Shown here: positions 62,701 to 64,000 of the stretch, piece by piece
Numbering within the stretch: the first letter of the stretch is position 1
Layout of the letters: the number at the start of each line of letters is the position of its first letter
Source: a virus
Virus record (IMG/VR): IMGVR_UViG_3300003629_000001
DNA length: 64,000 nucleotides
Strand: one strand, 5' to 3'
Translations under genes and position numbers: made by a program
The notes under the pieces: generated by a model
What the model was told of the DNA's origin: nothing
Seen by the model: the letters and a program-made list of their open reading frames with translations, nothing else
The model's database searches: none

Positions 62701-63319
62701 CACCAGTCACCACCGCTCGGAGCGGATTGACGAGGTACGGAATCAAGGCGAGGAAGACGCCGAGCGGGCTATGGCTGGCTACGAAGCCTTCAAGGCCGCT
62801 GGTATGGACGTTCCTCGCCACGAACGGCTCAAGACGGAATACTGGACAGTTGAAGAGGCTGACGGTCAACCAGCGAGGGAGTGGGGCGGTGAACCGGACG
62901 AAGCCATGCGTGACCAGTTCGCTAAACTCGGCGCTGTCGCCATGCTCTCGGGGAACTGGGATATGCACGGTGGGAACGTCTTCGTGACCGAGAACGGTGG
63001 TCTGATTCCAGTTGACCTTGACTTGTCGGGTCACGATATGCAATCCCGCGACTGGAAGCACACGTCGTGGGGGCGACTCAAGAGTTTGGGTCGAACGCTG
63101 AATATGTACGAGGTGAGAGGTGACGATAACGAAGTTCTCGAACTCAAGCGAGACGTGGCCCGTGCGACACAGGAACTAATCGAAGACGGAACAGCCGACG
63201 ATATAAAGAGTATGGCGTCCAACGTGGATAATAAGGATATTCAAATGGCTATCGAAGAGAACGTCTTCGCCGCCAAAGGTGGGCGGCTCTACGACGACAG
63301 AGTGCGGGGTGACGAATGA
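56738..63319 (+). CDS. tagged polyvalent protein 5 (2193 aa): DGP module, 6 tags, ParB-like domain, 2 ARTs, kinase
   Basis: Tags at 56960, 58001, 59306, 60950, 61112, 61835; EGRHR at 57848; FRG/SSW/ENE and FRG/SWS/EAE; NWDMHGGNV...PVDLD at 62960. Confidence 0.8.
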   Translation: MTVVVYELNDDAEYEELGSHTDQEAVENDDLLDIFPEQVWQDHSDEWLSERIDGPYVMAAIQDEDSETTEKISMWTPYVGPNGGEGYQHMLTDEVRYVDEEPTDDEAPGNDVDVDEPESGELNEMTGISDASYIEDNLPVTATWENDDGESFVGQIEEVDYGGFDEKFVIAATNGRRYEVNGDDLTGYIEPTPEYNPESDEEDGRIRDGFERIKEKLGEGVIPPRPTPNMGNGGSRPEQSDFRQIASEDDAEKLQQIIDTGDTGNIQVGIEAVGDGVDYGPWDADTDNLNYFDGGQFTNIDVEMPVEDFLATQTDMLSSDRNHPQEAYESFHRVRTDDVEEYAEVLQNEPGEMPMPYIEFGRNGNMRNSQEGRHRALAARMAGLDTMPVRFVLNPDRDGKGAEDRVDWGQDLSKPVEKRTKWRPYLGPRGGEGWIKPFSFTDDKIVYDEEPPGEVSPEYSEDYWHDRPSPVNEDIVNLVDSHLEGVRARPYKLDEPTADFFEEGLEAGYHPNAVSEAAEWKLKSMEKEIGDGGRLEENDVQKVLRDAATQFLDRQTEQEIEIEGGKRGGGVISLGEIDNNFKRDWWDNFESEIGYTDDQMTNEKPAYSAIRNWSITSSMFSQSTAPLIKAAMRESDNDFIPVNGEEVRETDVTDREIEHVLEYKEAMTELYRSVYGDTVPCFRGIDGQSSQIDGMREDIQEGKGIELPEATLSSWATEPGTAMRFAGSIHTDGYSEGGVVIRQEVPVEQLFVTGDTHPGLLNNENELVVNAPEPETRYEPDNLILPSETTALEQAVWAAERANRDTDVSEEAAKAVQRALLSKQEMNQYASIAIENYDWFRQTVGEQTQPDIKSKEWIPYEGPRGGEGWQNTEDRDDIRYGLEDPPGEVAEGYEDMAEDWGAGEDAVEIPEKFEGEYAPEDITPIPGDPAEWGDEFPISEGQTLLGQNWEWDIENLWFQGSDTHVPEPRMELAIPTGVSHKFGYVSDSVKLQGMEPGWFKNPAIPSKQNKQEFVGVVGEPEPRDMSFNPTGEAANASFDLDEAAERMSQEIRDRNSWENKKAGIYAAELIEEHDPSYETLLAITRYGLESNGQSINEDRDIDDAQEIVLDGIDQHLDNEAPDHPTLKGKLSLSHADPELTEDFMSRMTPDTRETVNTAMGEWIRGQGSMVDEYTLPIYRLAAHTYENDFYPTRGDVGKLIAEADDVEAADSLEVRQERLERYRQKTVETFREVFGDTVPVFRGYDPGEQSKGKEAREALQAEDAPSEIEIRNGVANSWSTNPTVAFQFSTWNTEDYPGIVVRQELPVEQIFGSSDTTTSGRSDEAEIVAGNPEEYTNHSRDDVFLPEEFDPIEQMRWALSGIENDASEEEEKADGETLSLDWELESVDWLRRYRKMEDALTKENWTPIDVGDQRGYQHVVSGETIVSKAGIPFSNTARQAGHTPLSAVVMDSDALGKEWVPYHGPRGGEGWRNTTTENIRYGLDEAPRPAENDPDELTEENIEEADIQQSFGLMQTTANDLVEGEKLHFEVQGHPYETRVQEVTDDAIHAIDTETHREFEIPTDERGMAESGLTLASPQAVFFGHGIAGSESSWLPEEDEPSQIELEAEALRSAASTDGFGDTSYIEGFAARASELGAGRDEITNAIHGALEEHPALNTDLADEIYENGQRLLEIEESLTDKSLARSYPITPIRTMRKEWIPYRGPQDGEGWQNVNNPDDIRYGLEDPPGEVAEGYEEQAEDWGPSSDEEPDRVQGATLVDYNIPGSDKDIQVPKNFTADDLKNTIRRFRDDNEGDLLTELANVVQMQNDGNLNDKMDVLHGTAEVLGNHPEIIDQYNDLLHEEIADTPNANFDVPFGFDGVDVHNMLEDTFGPHSEIVGELEDMVLFGDVDEEKADNWITAAEGWIRNYGDRKMADKFKDTIADAELANPFSNTDEYAAQEEISDDLNPAKASRVVPISDTEASTGISADSMFIAEYDDGHRAFVTNTSHHRSERIDEVRNQGEEDAERAMAGYEAFKAAGMDVPRHERLKTEYWTVEEADGQPAREWGGEPDEAMRDQFAKLGAVAMLSGNWDMHGGNVFVTENGGLIPVDLDLSGHDMQSRDWKHTSWGRLKSLGRTLNMYEVRGDDNEVLELKRDVARATQELIEDGTADDIKSMASNVDNKDIQMAIEENVFAAKGGRLYDDRVRGDE

Positions 63320-64000
63320 CCGTCACCTTCTACGAACTCGGTGAAAACGACTACACCGAAATTGGTCGTATCCACGACGGAGAAATCGTAGACGGCGAAG
63401 ACCAACTGGTCGCAATCGGCGCTGACCAGTTCGCGGACAACGAAAAGAAACTACTGAACGTCTACGATGGGCCGTACATCGTTGCTGGAATTGGGACGCC
63501 TAATACCCTTACTCAAAAGTCGGACAAGGCACTTCGGAAGAGCGTCGAAACAGTCTTCAAAGACTGGATTCCCTACGAGGGGCCACAGGGCGGGGAAGGC
63601 TGGCAAAACACCCTGACAGGCGAAATCCGCTATCAGGAAGGGAAGCCGAGTGGCGCGGGAAGTGACGCCGACGTTACTGTCCCCGGCAACTCTACGATAC
63701 AGACTGTCTCGGCGGCTATCACGTCAGTCCTCGGCGCGACAGTCATGCAATCGCTCAAGCAACAGGCGACCGGTGGCGGTGGGTCATTCAACCCACAGAC
63801 GTTCGTGACCGCCGCCGCCATGTATATCGCACAGACTGGTAAGGGGTCGCTCGGAGAACTACAGGAAGCGTTGGATACCGAAGCCGAGAGCGAACCCGAA
63901 GACGCTCAAGACGTGACGATTCAGACCGAGAGTGGCGAAATCGAATCTACGACTCAAACGGGTGTCACCGACGTAACGAGCGCGATTACACAAGTCTCGT
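63316..64000 (+). CDS. tagged polyvalent protein 6 (runs off the window; absent from the ORF track)
   Basis: ATGA overlap; manual translation MTVTFYELGENDYTEIGRIHDGEIVDGEDQL...YDGPYIVAG...VFKDWIPYEGPQGGEGWQNTLTGEIRY. Confidence 0.8.
   Translation, partial: MTVTFYELGENDYTEIGRIHDGEIVDGEDQLVAIGADQFADNEKKLLNVYDGPYIVAGIGTPNTLTQKSDKALRKSVETVFKDWIPYEGPQGGEGWQNTLTGEIRYQEGKPSGAGSDADVTVPGNSTIQTVSAAITSVLGATVMQSLKQQATGGGGSFNPQTFVTAAAMYIAQTGKGSLGELQEALDTEAESEPEDAQDVTIQTESGEIESTTQTGVTDVTSAITQVS

Larger units (their letters stand above)
43551..63660 (+). repeat. dispersed protein-coding repeat (W-x-P-Y-x-GP-x-GGEGW tag), 14 copies
   Basis: Trp codons at 43551, 46025, 48583, 52689, 54366, 56960, 58001, 59306, 61112, 61835, 63565; degenerate copies at 45827, 48433, 60950. 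Confidence 0.95.

Noticed and set aside
43479-63319. Giant ORFs as tape-measure/tail proteins, or as a reverse-transcriptase/DGR system
   Set aside because: They carry enzyme motifs and lie in the head module; no RT motif or template/variable repeat pair is seen.
43551-63660. Tag repeats as a CRISPR array or DNA-level tandem repeat
   Set aside because: Spacing is irregular (hundreds to thousands of bases), and conservation is at the amino-acid level with synonymous variation.

Overview
This is part of the genome of a large tailed haloarchaeal virus (Caudoviricetes). The evidence is a strongly acidic proteome, archaeal TATA-type promoters with short or absent leaders, terminase and portal genes, and apparent avoidance of GATC and AGCT. 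The window may start at a genome terminus. 0.3-33 kb holds many small early/accessory ORFs plus DNA- and nucleotide-metabolism genes: HTH-metallophosphoesterase, DinG/XPD helicase, a MoxR AAA+/vWA pair, ERCC4 nuclease, a resolvase-like nuclease, class II RNR, SprT, dCTP deaminase and ThyX. 33-43 kb is the packaging module: putative TerS, an inverted tail-fibre/adhesin cassette, TerL and portal, with interspersed homing endonucleases. The most striking region is 43.5-64 kb, a mostly translationally coupled array of large modular proteins directly after the portal. They share a ~35-45 aa tag (W-x-P-Y-x-G-P-x-G-G-E-G-W...Y...PPG; 11 clear and 3 degenerate copies), nearly always just after a Lys. 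Cargo following the tags includes 4 HipA/PI3K-like kinases, 3 ADP-ribosyltransferases, a zincin protease, a ParB-like domain and SH3-like barrels. Every kinase gene is followed by a gene starting with a conserved ~60 aa DGP(H/Y) module, and every ART is followed by a short DW(F/L) peptide. I interpret this as a capsid-loaded, proteolytically processed effector array with cognate inhibitors; this is inference. Also found: a dispersed DNA motif TACCCCTA (at least 15 exact copies), a repeated palindrome-plus-TATA promoter cassette, and two candidate structured ncRNAs at ~7.9-8.16 kb. All calls come from reading motifs by eye; no searches were run.
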